A stretch of DNA of 64,000 bases, taken from contig OZ024748.1 in NCBI GenBank assembly GCA_964016885.1, positions 54,932,001 through 54,996,000 on the forward strand. The letters are read 5' to 3'. The notes beneath the pieces were generated by a model. It searched no databases, was not told where the DNA came from, and saw only the letters and a list, made by a program, of their open reading frames with translations. Below, one piece after another: positions 26,061 to 40,694 of this stretch. This stretch comes from Eledone cirrhosa (Eukaryota). The position numbers and the translations under genes are program-made. Position 1 is the first letter of the stretch; every line of letters starts with the position of its first letter.

Positions 26061-26680
26061 TTAATAATTCTTTGTAATATAGGTACACGGCCAGTAATTT
26101 CTTGGGAAGGAAGGAAGGAAGGAAGGAAAAGTCAATAATATCGACACTAGTATTTAACTGGTACTTTATTTTATCGACTCTGGAAAGATGACAAAGTTGA
26201 CCCAGGCGTGATTTGAACTGAAAACGTAGAAAGTCATAACTAAATACCACAAAGGATGTTGCCCGACACTCTAAAGATACTGCCACATGGGCAGAGAGTT
26301 GATGAGGACGGTACATGGACAATATATAAACATGTGATTGTATAGAAACTAAAATAAAACATAAAAAGTCCCTAACAGGGTAACAACTACCTAGGGTTCA
26401 ATCTAGTGTTGAAGATACCATCTTCCTTGCCAGCAGTCTCATAGCTTATGGACGCTGTCATTCCTTCGTCACTAAGCAATAAAAGAAAGGTACAAGAATA
26501 TATTATTATTTCTACTTTTGTTGGCACAAGGCCAGCAATTACTCAGTGCATTACTGGTACTTTATTTTATCGACCCCGTATGGACAAGAATATATTATGT
26601 ATTATTGAATATTGAAGCTGACAATGTTTCCTTGCTTAGTCACAGACCAACTTTGATTGAAACAGTCGCATGATCAAATG

Positions 26681-26899
26681 GTTTCTTATATAGGCACAAG
26701 GCCAGCAATTTTTTGGGGGAGGGGAAAGTCGATTAAATCAACCCCAGTGCGTGACTGGTACTTTATTTTATCGACCCCGTAACGATGAAAGGCAAAGTTA
26801 ACCTGGGCGGGATTTGAAATCAGACCGTAAAGGGCCGTAACTATGCTGCAACGCATGGCGTCCGACCCTCTACCGATACTGCCAATCCACCGCCCTCGT
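26681..26899 (-). mobile_element. Full-length tRNA-derived SINE with 11-bp TSD (atgatcaaatg)
   Basis: Minus-strand A-box-like TGGCAGTATCGG and B-box-like ATTTCAAATCC; body ggggtcgataaaataaagtaccag; TSD at 26670-26680 and 26900-26910. Confidence 0.9.
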
Positions 26900-27694
26900 A
26901 TGATCAAATGTTAAGGCATTCTAGTCATGACCATCCCGTTTCTGAACAACAAAGTGTATACAGTTTTTTCAAGGCATTAATGTATGATTTTAGGTATTTT
27001 CCCAATCCTCATAATCAGTTTTCTCTCGAGATTCAGCACGAATGATGATGATGATGATGATAAACTGCAACAACAACAACAGCGCTGTTAAGACTGGTTT
27101 CTAATTTAAGCACAAGGCCAGTAATTTAGAGGATAGAAAAGTCAATTATATCAACACCTATACGTTACTGGTTCTTTATTTTACCGAGCCCGGAAGGAAG
27201 GAAGGAAGGAAGGAAGGAAGGAAGGAAGGAAGGAAGGAAGGAAGGAAGGAAGGAAGGAAGGAAGGAAGGAAGGAAGGAAGGAAGGGAGAAAGGGAGAAAG
27301 GGGGGAAGGAAGGAAGGGAGGGAGGAAGGAGGGGAGGGAGGAGGGGAGGGATGAATGGAGGGAGGGGGAGGGAGGAAGGGGGAGGGAGGGATGAAGGAAG
27401 GGAGGGAGGAAGGAAGAGAGGGATGAAGGAAGAGAGGGAGGGGAGGAAGGAAGAAAGGAAGAAATGAAGGCGGGAAGGAAGGAAGGGAGGAAGGGAGGGA
27501 GGAAGAGAGGGAGGAAGGAAGGGAGGAAGGAAGGGAGGGGGAAGGGATGGAGGGATGAATGAAGGGAGGGGGGAAGGGATGGAGGAAGGAAGGAAGGAAG
27601 GAAGCAGAAACAAACAAACAAAAATCAACAGCAGCAAAATAACAACAACAATAAGAATAAAATAAAACAAGGAAAAAAGAAAATGTAGAGAGAA

Positions 27695-27883
27695 ATAATT
27701 GTTTCTAGTTTTGGCACAAGGCCAGCAATTACCCAGTACATTACTGGTACTTTATTTTATCGACCCCGTAAGGATGAAAGGCAAAGTTAACCTCGGCGGG
27801 ATTTGAACTCAGAATGGCAAGGGCCGTAACTCTATGCGTCAAAGCATGGCGGCGTCCGACCCTCTACCTCTACTGCCAACCCA
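27695..27883 (-). mobile_element. tRNA-derived SINE (same family; fragments also at 25305-25470, 26062-26285, 26503-26582, 27100-27192)
   Basis: ggcacaaggccagcaattacccagtacattactggtac...gatttgaactcag. Confidence 0.9.
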
Positions 27884-27954
27884 CGTAGAGAGAAATAATA
27901 ACACACGGAACATGATTAGTTTCATCATTGTAATCCTCGTAAGATGTTGTTGGT

Positions 27955-28637
27955 GGTGACCATGATGGACATCATGGTGATCATTGTCATGATGATGATG
28001 GTGATCATCACCATGATGGTTATCGTCGTCACCACCATCACCACCACCACCATGATCATCAGCACCACCACCACCATGATCATCAGCACCACCACCACGA
28101 TCATCAACACTACCACCACCACCATGATCATCAGCACCACCACCACCACCACCACCACCACCACGATCATCACCACTACCACCACCACCATGATCATCAG
28201 CACCACCACCACCACCACCACCACCACCACCACCACCACCACGATCATCACCACTACCACCACCACCACGATCATCACCACCACCACCACCACGATCATC
28301 ACCACCACCACCACCACGATCATCACCACCACCACCACCATCACCACCACGATCACCACCACCACCACCACGATCATCACCACCACCACCATGATCATCA
28401 CCACCACCGCCACCACGATTATCACCACCACCACCACCATCACCACTACCACCACCATCACCACCACCACGATCATCATCACTACCACCACCACCACGAT
28501 CATCACCACCACCACCACGATCAACACCACCACCAGGATCATCATCACCACCACCATCACCACCACCACCACCATCCTCACCACCACCACGATCATCACC
28601 ATCACCATCATCAACATGATCAACTACCACAACAACA
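27955..28637. repeat. (CAC/CAT)n trinucleotide compound array
   Basis: Direct reading; Gly/Asp and Thr ORFs are repeat artefacts. Confidence 0.9.
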
Positions 28638-29183
28638 AGATTATTTGTAAACAACTGCAGTGAATATGAAAACAATCGATATGAGGAATATGATGTTCTA
28701 ATTAAAGAATTATAGATCGAACTGTAAGTGTATCATAGATCCGCTGTCACCTCCTTACCCCATAACAGATCATATACACGTCACCACCACATGTCACCCA
28801 CACCCCTCACATTTGAAATACAAACCTTCCAAAGACATCAACACGACACACACACATATCAAAATAAGGAAATACTAGAGATCAGGTATATTATCTCCCA
28901 GTCCCACCACTCTCTTGCTGTCTCATGTATGTATGTATGTATGCATGTATGTATGTGTGTATGTATGTGTGTATGTATTGTGTATGTGTGTATGTATGTA
29001 TGTGTATGTATTGTGTATGTATGTATGTATGCATGTATGTATGCATGTGTGTATGTATGTGTGTATGTATGTGTGTATGTATTGTGTATGTGTGTATGTA
29101 TGTATGTGTATGTATTGTGTATGTGTGTATGTATGTGTGTATGTATGTGTATGTGTGTATGTATGTATGTGGGTGTGTATGTA

Positions 29184-29216
<33 letters not shown>

Positions 29217-29339
29217 GTATGTATGTATGTATGTATGTACTCACTGGTATAGTTTTGGATCAAAGTATAGAGTTTTGTTTCTCCCTATATATATATATAC
29301 AAGGATCGGAATTAAGAGTATTCCGCAGTTCACAGTAAT

Positions 29340-29525
29340 AATAATTGTTTCTACTTTAGGCACAAGGCCAGCAATTACCCAGTACATTACTGGTACTTTA
29401 TTTTATCGACCCCGTAAGGATGAAAGGCAAAGTCAACCTCGGCGGGATTTGAACTCAGATCGTAAAGGGACGTAACTATGCTGGAAAGCATGGTGTCCGA
29501 CCCTCTACCAATACTACCAATCCAC
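29340..29525 (-). mobile_element. tRNA-derived SINE
   Basis: Same family consensus. Confidence 0.9.
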
Positions 29526-29579
29526 AGTAATAATAATATTAGCTCAAAGAAGAATAGAGAATTTTCATCTGAGCTCAAA

Positions 29580-29662
29580 TACAAATATATTACACAGAGA
29601 GGTGTGTTACACAGTGAACATCTCACTGTGTAACACACTTCTCTCTGTGTAATATATTTGTA
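29580..29662. repeat. Fold-back palindrome (about 38-bp arms) abutting (TA)n
   Basis: tacaaatatattacacagagaggtgtgttacacagtga-acatc-tcactgtgtaacacacttctctctgtgtaatatatttgta. Confidence 0.85.
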
Positions 29663-30224
29663 TATATATATATATATATATATAAGCAAAGAGGTATTTA
29701 ATTTGTTGGTAATTCAACAAATATATTTATAACAGATTCGAAGCACTGTTAAGGTACGTATATATATATATTATATATATATATTATATATATATATTAT
29801 ATATATATATTATATATATGTATATATATTATATATATATATATTATTTTTTATTATTATATATTTTTTTTCTTATATTTATTTGTGTGTGTGAGTATGT
29901 AGAGGTGTGTGTATATATTTCTATTTTTGTGCATGCGTATGTATGCTTGTATATATGTGTGTATGTATGTATGTGTATATATATGTGTATGTATATATAT
30001 ATACACATATATATATGTGTGTGTGTGTGTGTGTATATGTGTGTGTGTATGTATGTGTGTGTATGTATATATATATATATGTGTATGTATATAATTGTGT
30101 GTGTGTGTGTGTGTTTGCATGTGTGTTTTTATTTTATTTTTCCCTCTTCCTTTTCCAGCCTCACTTGCATATAGATTGCCTTTTTGTTTTTAGAATCCAA
30201 CGTCAATAAATACACCAGGATTTT

Positions 30225-30282
30225 TTCATTCTGATGATTGAAAGCAAAGTTTTTTGCTTTTAAGAAACCACTGGTAAATGGA
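30225..30282 (+). ncRNA. Complete type I hammerhead ribozyme
   Basis: ttcatt CTGATGA ttgaaagcaaa gttt tttgcttttaa GAAA cc act gg ta | aatgga; predicted GUA cleavage after 30276. Confidence 0.85.
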
Positions 30283-30737
30283 ATAATTGCCTTATGTTAT
30301 TTATTACATAACTATAATATAATATATATATATATAATATATATATAATATATATATAATATATATATATAATATAATATATATATAATATATATATATA
30401 ATATAATATATAATATAATATATATATAATATATATATATAATATATATATATAATATATATATATAATATATATATATAATATATATAATATATATATA
30501 TATTATATATAATATATATATATATATAATATATATATATAATATATATATATAATATATATATAATATATATATATAATATATATATATAATATATATA
30601 ATATATATATATAATATATATATATAATATATAATATATATATATAATACATATATATAATATATAATATATATATATAATACATATATATATAATATAT
30701 ATATAATATATATATATATATAATATATATATATAAT

Positions 30738-30784
<47 letters not shown>

Positions 30785-31099
30785 TATAATATATATATAT
30801 ATAATATATATATATATAATATATATATATAATATATATATATAATATATATATATATAATATATATATATATTATATATATAATATATATTTATATAAT
30901 ATATATATATATATTATATATATATATATAATATATATTTATATAATATATATATATATATTATATATATATATAATATATATTTATATAATATATATAT
31001 ATATATTATATATATATATAATATATATTTATATAATATATATTTATATAATATATATATATATATATATATAATATATATATATATATAATATATATA

Positions 31100-31147
<48 letters not shown>

Positions 31148-31210
31148 TATATAATATATATATATAATATATATAATATATATATAATATATATATATAT
31201 ATAATATACA

Positions 31211-31415
31211 GGAACCAGTAAGACCCCGACAGCTGAGCTCAAGCCGTTTCGACGGTTAATTCTGGACGGCTAATTCAGTCCAGAATTAGCCGTCGAAACG
31301 GCTTGAGCTCAGCTGTCGGGGTCTTACTGGTTCCTATTACCCACTCTACTACCTCAAGTATTGAGTACTTTGGTGCGTTATGGTCCACCTGGTTCCTTAC
31401 CACATTTCCTTCGTT
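31211..31415 (+). mobile_element. Fold-back short element (6231 family) in (TA)n
   Basis: Arms span 31211-31334; same tail as the 6231 copy. Confidence 0.85.
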
Positions 31416-32093
31416 ATATAATATACATATATATTATATATATATATTATATTTACATATTTACACATTTTTTACTTCCGCTGTGACCCGTCTATTTCGT
31501 TCTTACTGCTTCCTCTTTCTCTGTATCTCTACTCTCTCTAACAGTCACTCTCTCTGTTAGCCTCTTCCTCACCCTTCACTCACTCACTCACTCTCTGTTA
31601 CTACCTCTCCTCCTCCTCCTTCTTCCCGTTTGACCTGTGCGTAATTCTTTTCTTTCGCACGCTTGGCCAGGCCGGTCGGCATTTTTTCTCTCTCTCGTCT
31701 ACGATTTCACAGAACTTATGTTTACCGAATTGACAGACTAGACCCCTTCTTCCTCCCGTTAGACCTGTGCGAAATTCCTTCCTTGCTCACATTTCAACCA
31801 GGTTTGATGGTATTTATTCTCTCTCGTTCACGATTTCACCGAACTTATATTCATGGAAATCTTTGGACTTGACTCGCTCTTCCTCATTTTTCGTTGCTTC
31901 ACCATCTTTGTTTGTTTACACTCTCGCTGTTCCCTTTATTTACATGTCCCAACGACTTTCTTTAGCCGTTGCTCGCACCAACCGGATGTATATGGTCTTT
32001 AAAGCGAAGAAATACTGATGATGGTTGGAAGATCACTCATGAAGGACCACTTTATTCATATGTAACCCATTTGCAACTCCGCAGCACGTTTAT

Positions 32094-32148
<55 letters not shown>

Positions 32149-32241
32149 TATACACACTCCCACATATATATAAAAAAATAGCTATACATTAAATACCGTC
32201 AACATCACTATTACTACGACCACTACCACTTCTATCACCAT

Positions 32242-32298
<57 letters not shown>

Positions 32299-33224
32299 GA
32301 CTCAATAATAATATTGATGATTTCTATTTAAATAACCATATATGGGTGAAGTTTATAAATAGAAAATATAGAGAAATAAGATGACGAAAATGACTTTTTC
32401 CAGCTCTTCAAGATTGTGTGGCTTCGTGTAGATCAAGGTGATGGTGGTGGTAGTGGTGGTGATGGTGGTGGTTCTGGTTGTAGTTATGGTTGTGGTAGTG
32501 ATGGTTGTGGTAGTGATGATGGTTGTGATAGCAGAGATGACTGTGGTGGTGATGGTGGTGATGGTGATGGTGGTGATGATGATGGTGGTGGTAGAGATGA
32601 TGGTTGTGTTGGTGATGGTGGTTGAGGTGGTGGTGGTGGTGGTGGTGGTTGTGGCGGTGATGGTAGTGATGGTGGTGATGATGATGGTTGTGATGGTGGT
32701 GGTGGTGGTGGTTGTGGCGGTGGTGATGGGGGTGATGATGATGGTAGAGATGATGGCTGTGATGGTGATGGCGGTTGAGGTGGTGGTGGTGGTGGTTGTG
32801 GCGGTGATGGTGGTGATGATGATGGCTGTGATGGTGGTTGAAGTGGTGCTGGTGGTTGTGGTGGTGATGATGATGGTAAAGATGATGGCGGTTGAGGTGG
32901 TGGTAGTGGTGGTTGTGGTAGTGATGGTGGGGAGGAATGTTTCTGTAGTAGTGGTTAATGTTTATAGGAACGTCATTTCTTTGTAAGATTAAACTGTTGA
33001 ATCATTCAGTTTAATGATCACACATGTTATCTATCGACCGAGAGAAAAATTGATCTCTCCCCCCCTCTCTCATTATCACTCTCATTCCATGTATAGCTCG
33101 TATTCTCTGAACATTTTAATATTTTCTTTCACTTATTTTTGAATTTTCTTTCTGTCTAGCTCTCTCAATTTCTACATTTTTATGAATTGATTCGATAAAT
33201 AATAATAATAATAATAATAATAAT

Positions 33225-33405
33225 AATTGTGTCTACAATTGGCACAAGGCCAGCAATTACCCAGTACATTACTGGTACTTTATTTTATCGACCCCGTAAG
33301 GATGAAAGGCAAAGTTAACCTCAGCTGGATTTGAACTCAGAATGGCAAGGGCCGTAACTGTATGCGTCAAAGCATGGCGTCCGACCCTCTACCGATACTG
33401 CCAAC
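33225..33405 (-). mobile_element. tRNA-derived SINE
   Basis: Same family consensus with (TTA)n tail. Confidence 0.9.
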
Positions 33406-34201
33406 CTTAAAATATTAATTCTAATTAATGACTAAGGTAAGGAATTCAACTTACAGAGACACATATATATACACATATACATACATTACGGGCTTCTATA
33501 CAGATTCTGTCTTCTAAATTTCAGTCATGAGACAATGATCAACACGAGGGTATAATAAAAGACATCGGGCCAAGGTGGGGACAGAATGCGAAACCCCACG
33601 ACACCGAAATTAACTTCCTAACCACATAGCCTAACCGAGCAGACATTTGATCAAAACTATTCCAATTATTACCACCCACCCCTCTTTATATTTTAAAATT
33701 TAGTGTTATGTTGTCTATATTATCATTCGAGCCTAAGGTTTCAATATGTTCATACAAACTCATCCAAAAGCAGCTCTGGTTCTATAACCCACCCTCCGCC
33801 ACACACACACACACACACACACAACTATTTAAAAAGATTCCTATTTAAATAATTTTCTGACATACCAAAAAAATTTGAAAATAATAAACAACCTTCGGCC
33901 TCCATCCCGGACGCATCGTAGATTTTTGAGACTTATCTTAGGAAAAAATAGTGTCTTCGACGCCGGGAAATGCGGTAATTTTGTATAAGAACCCTAAGTT
34001 AATCCACTATCTTCGTAATAAAATAATTTCAATTCATTTAACTAGAATGTATTACATTAGAAAAATGGTCTTGTGAGTCACATTTAGAAGATTTGATTAA
34101 GTGCTGGTTAATTACTGTCCAAGAACAGCATTTCGTATGCCTGTCACATTCATTCTTGATGTATTCAAAGCTAAGATACTTATTGTTTCAGCAAGCCTAG
34201 T

Positions 34202-34233
<32 letters not shown>

Positions 34234-34904
34234 CATACATACATACATACATACATACATACATACATACATACATACACAAATATACATACACACATAC
34301 ATACACACGTAGATGCATACATATATACACACACACATACATACACACATACACATATTAAGTGCTGATCGAGCCAACATGCTAAACATAACAGCCAAAT
34401 CTTCCTTAAATCAAACTAACACTTTGTAAAAGGATAATGCAGTGCTACTTAACATGAAAAACATGGTATGGTCATGCTAGAATGCCTTACTAATCGACTA
34501 TCAGTATTGATCTGATAAACAACATCAACACCCTCACCATCACCAATACCAGCCCTAACTGAAAATAGCTCTAATTTGCATAATTTGTACAAGTTATTTA
34601 CGTAATTATTGGATCGTCAAGTAGGAAATTTGAAAAAATTTCGTGAAAAGAAAACAAATTTCTACAAATTTCATACTTGACGAACCAATAATAAATCTAA
34701 TCTAGATATATCTAATACCTATCAGGAAATTTGAATATATTTCTTATTCTTTTTTACGGGAAACACGTAAAGTGATACCTGTAGTTTTCTGTGTGTAAAG
34801 TGAATAATAAAGTATATATTTCATAAAGTCTAAAAACATAAGTTGAACATACAATACATTTATTTAGGATATATTTAAAAAATGCTTCAAGCAAATTACA
34901 GCAC

Positions 34905-35013
<109 letters not shown>

Positions 35014-35120
35014 ATATAACAAAGAGGGTGTGGTAAGATATCAGGTGGACCCTAACGCACCAAAGTACTGAATACTTAGGGTAGTAGAGTGGGTAATATG
35101 AAAAGAGACAGGACCCCGTC

Positions 35121-35193
<73 letters not shown>

Positions 35194-35239
35194 TATATAT
35201 ATATATAAATATATATAAGGGAACCTGAAATGAATGGAA

Positions 35240-35492
35240 CTTTCTCTACTTGTACAGTTTGTGGCAGAATCTGCCTAACAGTTGCTGGACTTCAATTTCA
35301 TCCTATTGAGACACAATAAGGTGCTTCCTACTGACTCTAGAATATACAAACAGTTTATATGCCACATATGTCAACCAAGATCTGCACATCTGAAGGAGAC
35401 ATAGATAGATTAAGCTGTACCAGAAACTAATATGCAATTTATGTGGACGGCTTTTTAAAAGTATGTTTGGTCTAAAAAGCTACATAAGATCT
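35240..35492 (+). pseudogene. Degenerate C2H2 zinc-finger coding relic (probably LINE-derived)
   Basis: CTVCGRICLTVAGLQFH ... CHIC ... CNLCGRLFKSMFGLKSYIR in disrupted frames. Confidence 0.5.
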
Positions 35493-35554
35493 GTCAGAAT
35501 TGAGAATCTTGTAGACTGGAGTGGTGAACATTTGCATTATATATATTATATATA

Positions 35555-35654
35555 CAGAATGTCCCCCCAAAACGTATACACACTTCAACAGCATTCTAAT
35601 ATATATTGCTTGTACAGGTAATCAAAGTGTGTATACAATTTTTGGGACACCCTG
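35555..35654. mobile_element. Tc1/mariner-type MITE (inverted copy of 13053-13151 family)
   Basis: TIRs and TA flanks. Confidence 0.8.
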
Positions 35655-35683
35655 TATACACACAGACACGTGTATATATACAT

Positions 35684-35761
<78 letters not shown>

Positions 35762-35767
<6 letters not shown>

Positions 35768-35915
35768 TCAAAAAGTAAACCATACAACACAGTACAATGA
35801 AGAAATGTATTAGTTTAACACTTGATAAAACAGGAAAAAAAAATTTACGTTTCGGATACTAGTCCTTTATCAGAAGATAGAACGAGAAGTATTAAATAGA
35901 AAGAGTTAAAAGTGG
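35762..35915 (-). mobile_element. Short element with decayed hammerhead (CTGATAA, 35843-35877)
   Basis: Minus strand tcttctgataaaggactagtatccgaaacgta; tail runs into (TA)n. Confidence 0.65.
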
Positions 35916-36593
35916 AAGAAACAGAAAAAAACCCCCCAAAACCAAAAAAAAAAACACGTATTAACATAGTCTGGAAAATAAAGATGAGCTAATCGATATT
36001 GGAATTCCATCGATTTGTTAGTTGCCATATTATATATGTTTGTTGGTGTTTAACTAGAGCGTCTCTAAGTCTCGTATAACACTTATAATAAAACATACAG
36101 AAAAACACAAAAAGAAAAAAAAAACAAGAAAAAAATTAGTCAACAAAAACAGCAAAAAATGCCAAAAATAAAACCAAGAAAAAAACAAAGAAAAAAAAAA
36201 GCCAAGAAATAAAAACAAAGAAAAAAAAAAAGCCAAGAAAAAAACAAAAAAAAAACAAAACAAAAAGCCAAGAAAATATGTTTAACCTTTTGAAAGCCAG
36301 TCGTCAAAAAATTTGAGGTCAAGGCTTATAGATATACATTTTTTTTCTTTTACATCAAAAAGTTCTTTTTGATGTATGAGGTGAAAATTGAAGTTATTAC
36401 ATATTATCCAATGAAAGGCTATATAAATAAATAAAATAAAGAGGAACGCGTTAATACAAAAACAATTCAAATATGTATATTGAATAAATGTATTCAAAGG
36501 GGGGAGAAAATAATAACGAAGCATACTTCTTAAGCTGCAAACAGGTAAATCAGGTTTTATTTGGTTATTTTATTATATATATATCTATCTATC

Positions 36594-36637
<44 letters not shown>

Positions 36638-37562
36638 AAGATTAAAAATAAACGAAGTCATTCAAAAACTTCTGATATTCCATAAAATACATAAAGGAAA
36701 TATTACTGAATATAGGTATATACATATACACATATGTATATATACATATATATGTATATACATATACACATATGTATATATACATATATATGCATATGTA
36801 TATATATGCATATATGTACATGTATATATATGCATATATGTACATGTATATATATGCATATATGTACATGTATATATATGCATATATGTACATGTATATA
36901 TATGCATATATGTACATGTATATATATATGCATATATGTACATATATATATATATGCATATATGTCTATATACATATATATTGATATATACATATATATG
37001 CGTATGTATATATACATATATATGCATCTGTATATATACATATATATGCATATGTATATATACATATATATGCATATGTATATATACATATATGCATATG
37101 TATATATATTTATATTCAAATATATCAGATACATATTTTTGAAGTCGTTGTTCTGGCATAGCCACAGTTCAATGAATGAGAACCAGATTAATATTACATC
37201 TGACATTTCTTGCTGCGACTAAACTACACAGTCCACTCTCAACCACACTAAATCATGTTATACATCATAATACCTTAACCCCGCGCCCCTCTCCCCCACC
37301 TCACTGGATATTTCTACAATGCTGCTTCGTAGTATGAGTATTTATTGATCGCAATAAATTATATATTTAAGTAAATTATACAAATTTGAATAAAACTGGT
37401 ATTATACAAATTTGAATATATCTGATATTTCATGGTTCATTACTGCGCTTGACTGAGGATCGCCCTCTATGTGGCTACCAGCTAGGTTCAATGGGGAGGA
37501 GCTGGCCCTAAGCAATAGTTACATCCCCCCCCAAAAAAATTATATGATATCCTCTGTATATA

Positions 37563-37749
37563 CAGTGAAATTCAGTTACAACGAAATTCACGTGGTAGAA
37601 AAACAAGTTCGTTGTTACGAGAAATTCTTCATAACGAGATCGACCGAAACAAATCAAGCGTTTGTTTGTTATTACCACGGAGATTGAAAAACATTCGTTA
37701 TACTGAAAAATTCGTTATAATTGTATTCGTTATAACGTAATTTTATCTG
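37563..37749. mobile_element. pogo/Tigger-type MITE
   Basis: ta|cagtgaaattcagttacaacgaa ... ttcgttataacgtaattttatctg|ta with internal ttcgttata repeats. Confidence 0.7.
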
Positions 37750-38255
37750 TATACTTAAAGACGATTCCGTACTATGGCTTCAATTGGATAAATAATATCG
37801 GGAAGGTAGCCTATTCTGATTTTTCGTATTGGAATATGTTTTAACATGTCTTACGAGAGTCAATAGAAAAGTTCATAAGTTGACCAAGATACTCTCATGG
37901 AATGACCAAAATGAGGTTAATATTTCAACATAGTCCCTGGAAATAAACAATGCAGTTATTAACAAGAAAAGTTGAAATTAATGCATGTGAGATTTCACAG
38001 TTCTAACATCAGTCCTTCACGGTCAGTCTGTGACATTTTTAGCCGACTCTCGTCCACAACTGTTAAGGTCAACAACCAGATTTTGAAAGTAAACATACAC
38101 TGTGCAAAAGGACAACAATGTTCGAAAAGTATTAGAATTAGAAGAATATTAGAACAAACGAAAATCAATACCGAATAATAATACCGATAATTAATACCAA
38201 TTTAATTAGTGTTTCATCATTTGAAACCTCATAAAGAGTATTATTTTGTATCGTT

Positions 38256-38439
38256 TAAGGGCGTAAGTCTATACTGCTTTGCAGTATAGACTTACGTCCA
38301 TTTGCGGTCTGAGCCGAGGTTAACTTTGCCTTTAATCCTTACGGGGGTCGATAAAATATAGCACCAGTAACGTTCTGGGGTCGATTCAATCGACTTTCCC
38401 CTCCTCCAAATTACTGGCCTTGTGCCTATAGTAGAAATC
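38256..38439 (+). mobile_element. SINE with 16-bp TSD and a 5' hairpin; a second older SINE follows at 38468-38645
   Basis: TSD attattttgtatcgtt at 38240-38255 and 38440-38455. Confidence 0.8.
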
Positions 38440-39760
38440 ATTATTTTGTATCGTTAATAATATATGAGAGTGGTGGTTTGGCAGAATTTGTAGAGCGTCG
38501 GACAAGATTCCTTTGCGATATGTTACGGTTTATTACGCTGTGAAATCTTATCCCACCGAGATCAATTTTGCCTGTCATCCTTTCGAGGTCGATAAAATAG
38601 AGTAACGTATTTTTGGCCTTGTGCCTAAATTAGAAGCTATGATTAATAGTATTATAAGGACCTCCCAAATGGAGGAGGGAGCATTGTGAATACTACGTCT
38701 TTAAAGAGCGTCAAACTACTTAGAGTACATCGTACAATCCATCAAGTCTTTAGTGGACTAACGCAACGAAAATAGGAAATATCTTGCTCAAGAACACAGC
38801 ATGCCACATGGTGTATAACTTTAAGAATGTGAGCGCAACATTAACTATAGGGACGAACGTCTTCACACCAGCCAAGAACTTAGGTCCATTTACTTGACTA
38901 ACGCTGCTCCAATTTCTAGCCTTCTGTCTATATCAAATTCCTCGTGTCTAAATCAGAAAGAATCATTAAAAGTGCGCTGCTCTCTGTGGTTCAGTTCAAT
39001 TTGCTCTAAAGAAATACCATATAAACGTTTACAAATCCCTGCTGTGTCTTATACGATAGATATACGATTCAAAAGTATTCATATAGTCACTAATACTGAG
39101 CTTAAATCCACACTACAATAATTTTTGTTTGAAGAGAGATACGTACAACAAAAATGAAATGATTTAAAGCATTATTTTTCTGGAGAGGACTAGACGCTTC
39201 TACCTGGAAGGTATCGCAAGGAAATGAAGTTGATACTATAGAAGAGCACACGAAACGTGTGTGAGTATCTATCAGTAGATGTATGCGACTATATCAATCC
39301 ACCATTAACATAGACTTCCTCTGGCTCTGAAACCCAAGAACGGTCTTGGTATTATAAAGCCACTGCGTCAGCTGGTTAATTGGTGTTACCATTAGGTGAC
39401 CAAAACTGGCATATACATTGATATTTCAAAGTGATCATTTGTGCAGCTGGGTTAATTCTTTCACTCGATAATGTCTGGTCAAATAGCGAGTTTGAAGTAT
39501 GTATGTATTGAGAAACTACGAAATCTAGTTTTCTCTATTTGTGTTGTATTGTTTCCATTGCTTTAAAAAATCTATGTCCAGCACTGATACAGGTATAATC
39601 TTGATTAACGAACGTTATCGTGCTTGACATAACTGCGTAAACACCTAGTTCACTATGAATCACAAACAACTTCAGAATTATTTATTTAACACATTTTATA
39701 ACTCTTTCAGGAACAAATTTAAATGGCAACTATTAAATTCTAAAGTTAAGCAGACCGATC

Positions 39761-40125
<365 letters not shown>

Positions 40126-40324
40126 TTGGGGAGGGTCATATTTGCGTAATATTGCCAGAATTAATAACAGAACACACTCACTGTTTGGTTGGTTTTCGCT
40201 TCTCGCTGTCTTTTATATCTGCGATCTAACTTACTCGGTCCTCAATGTTGCCATTGACTGACCGACGGTCAAAAATAATACAGATACAATATAGACACAA
40301 ACACATATATATAGTTTACATAAT

Positions 40325-40370
40325 TTACATAAATCTTTCGTTGCACATCTGCAACATCGTCAGTGGTGTT
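40325..40370 (-). ncRNA. Hammerhead core with weak stem I
   Basis: Minus strand: acacca CTGACGA t gttgca gatg tgcaac GAAA gattta tgtaa. Confidence 0.5.
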
Positions 40371-40694
40371 ATATTTTTTCCTCCTGTTGTGTTGTATGTC
40401 TACGCCATTTTTTTTATTCGGTCTGTATATATATATATATATATATATATGAAAATGGAGAAATTAATGTGAGCAAGAAGCCAACAGTAATTCATACATA
40501 TAAGTGGCTATTACGTCAAGAGGGAAAATATTTAACGTAAGATATGGGAAAATAATTCGATCTCAATTAAAAAAAAGTCAAGACAGAAATCCACAGATTT
40601 TGTGTAATCCAGGAAAAAAAACCAATAGAGTCTTAACTCAGACTATAAAATTAAGGGTAAATACTTATCCTGCAATTTGGGAAAATCTACAAAT

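Noticed and set aside
26800-26896. tRNA-like A/B boxes
   Set aside because: Heads of multi-copy SINEs, with no cloverleaf; not tRNA genes
32015-32050. CTGATGA followed by a small hairpin (also ctgacga at 14988)
   Set aside because: No GAAA or stem III, and the motif is not conserved between the two copies
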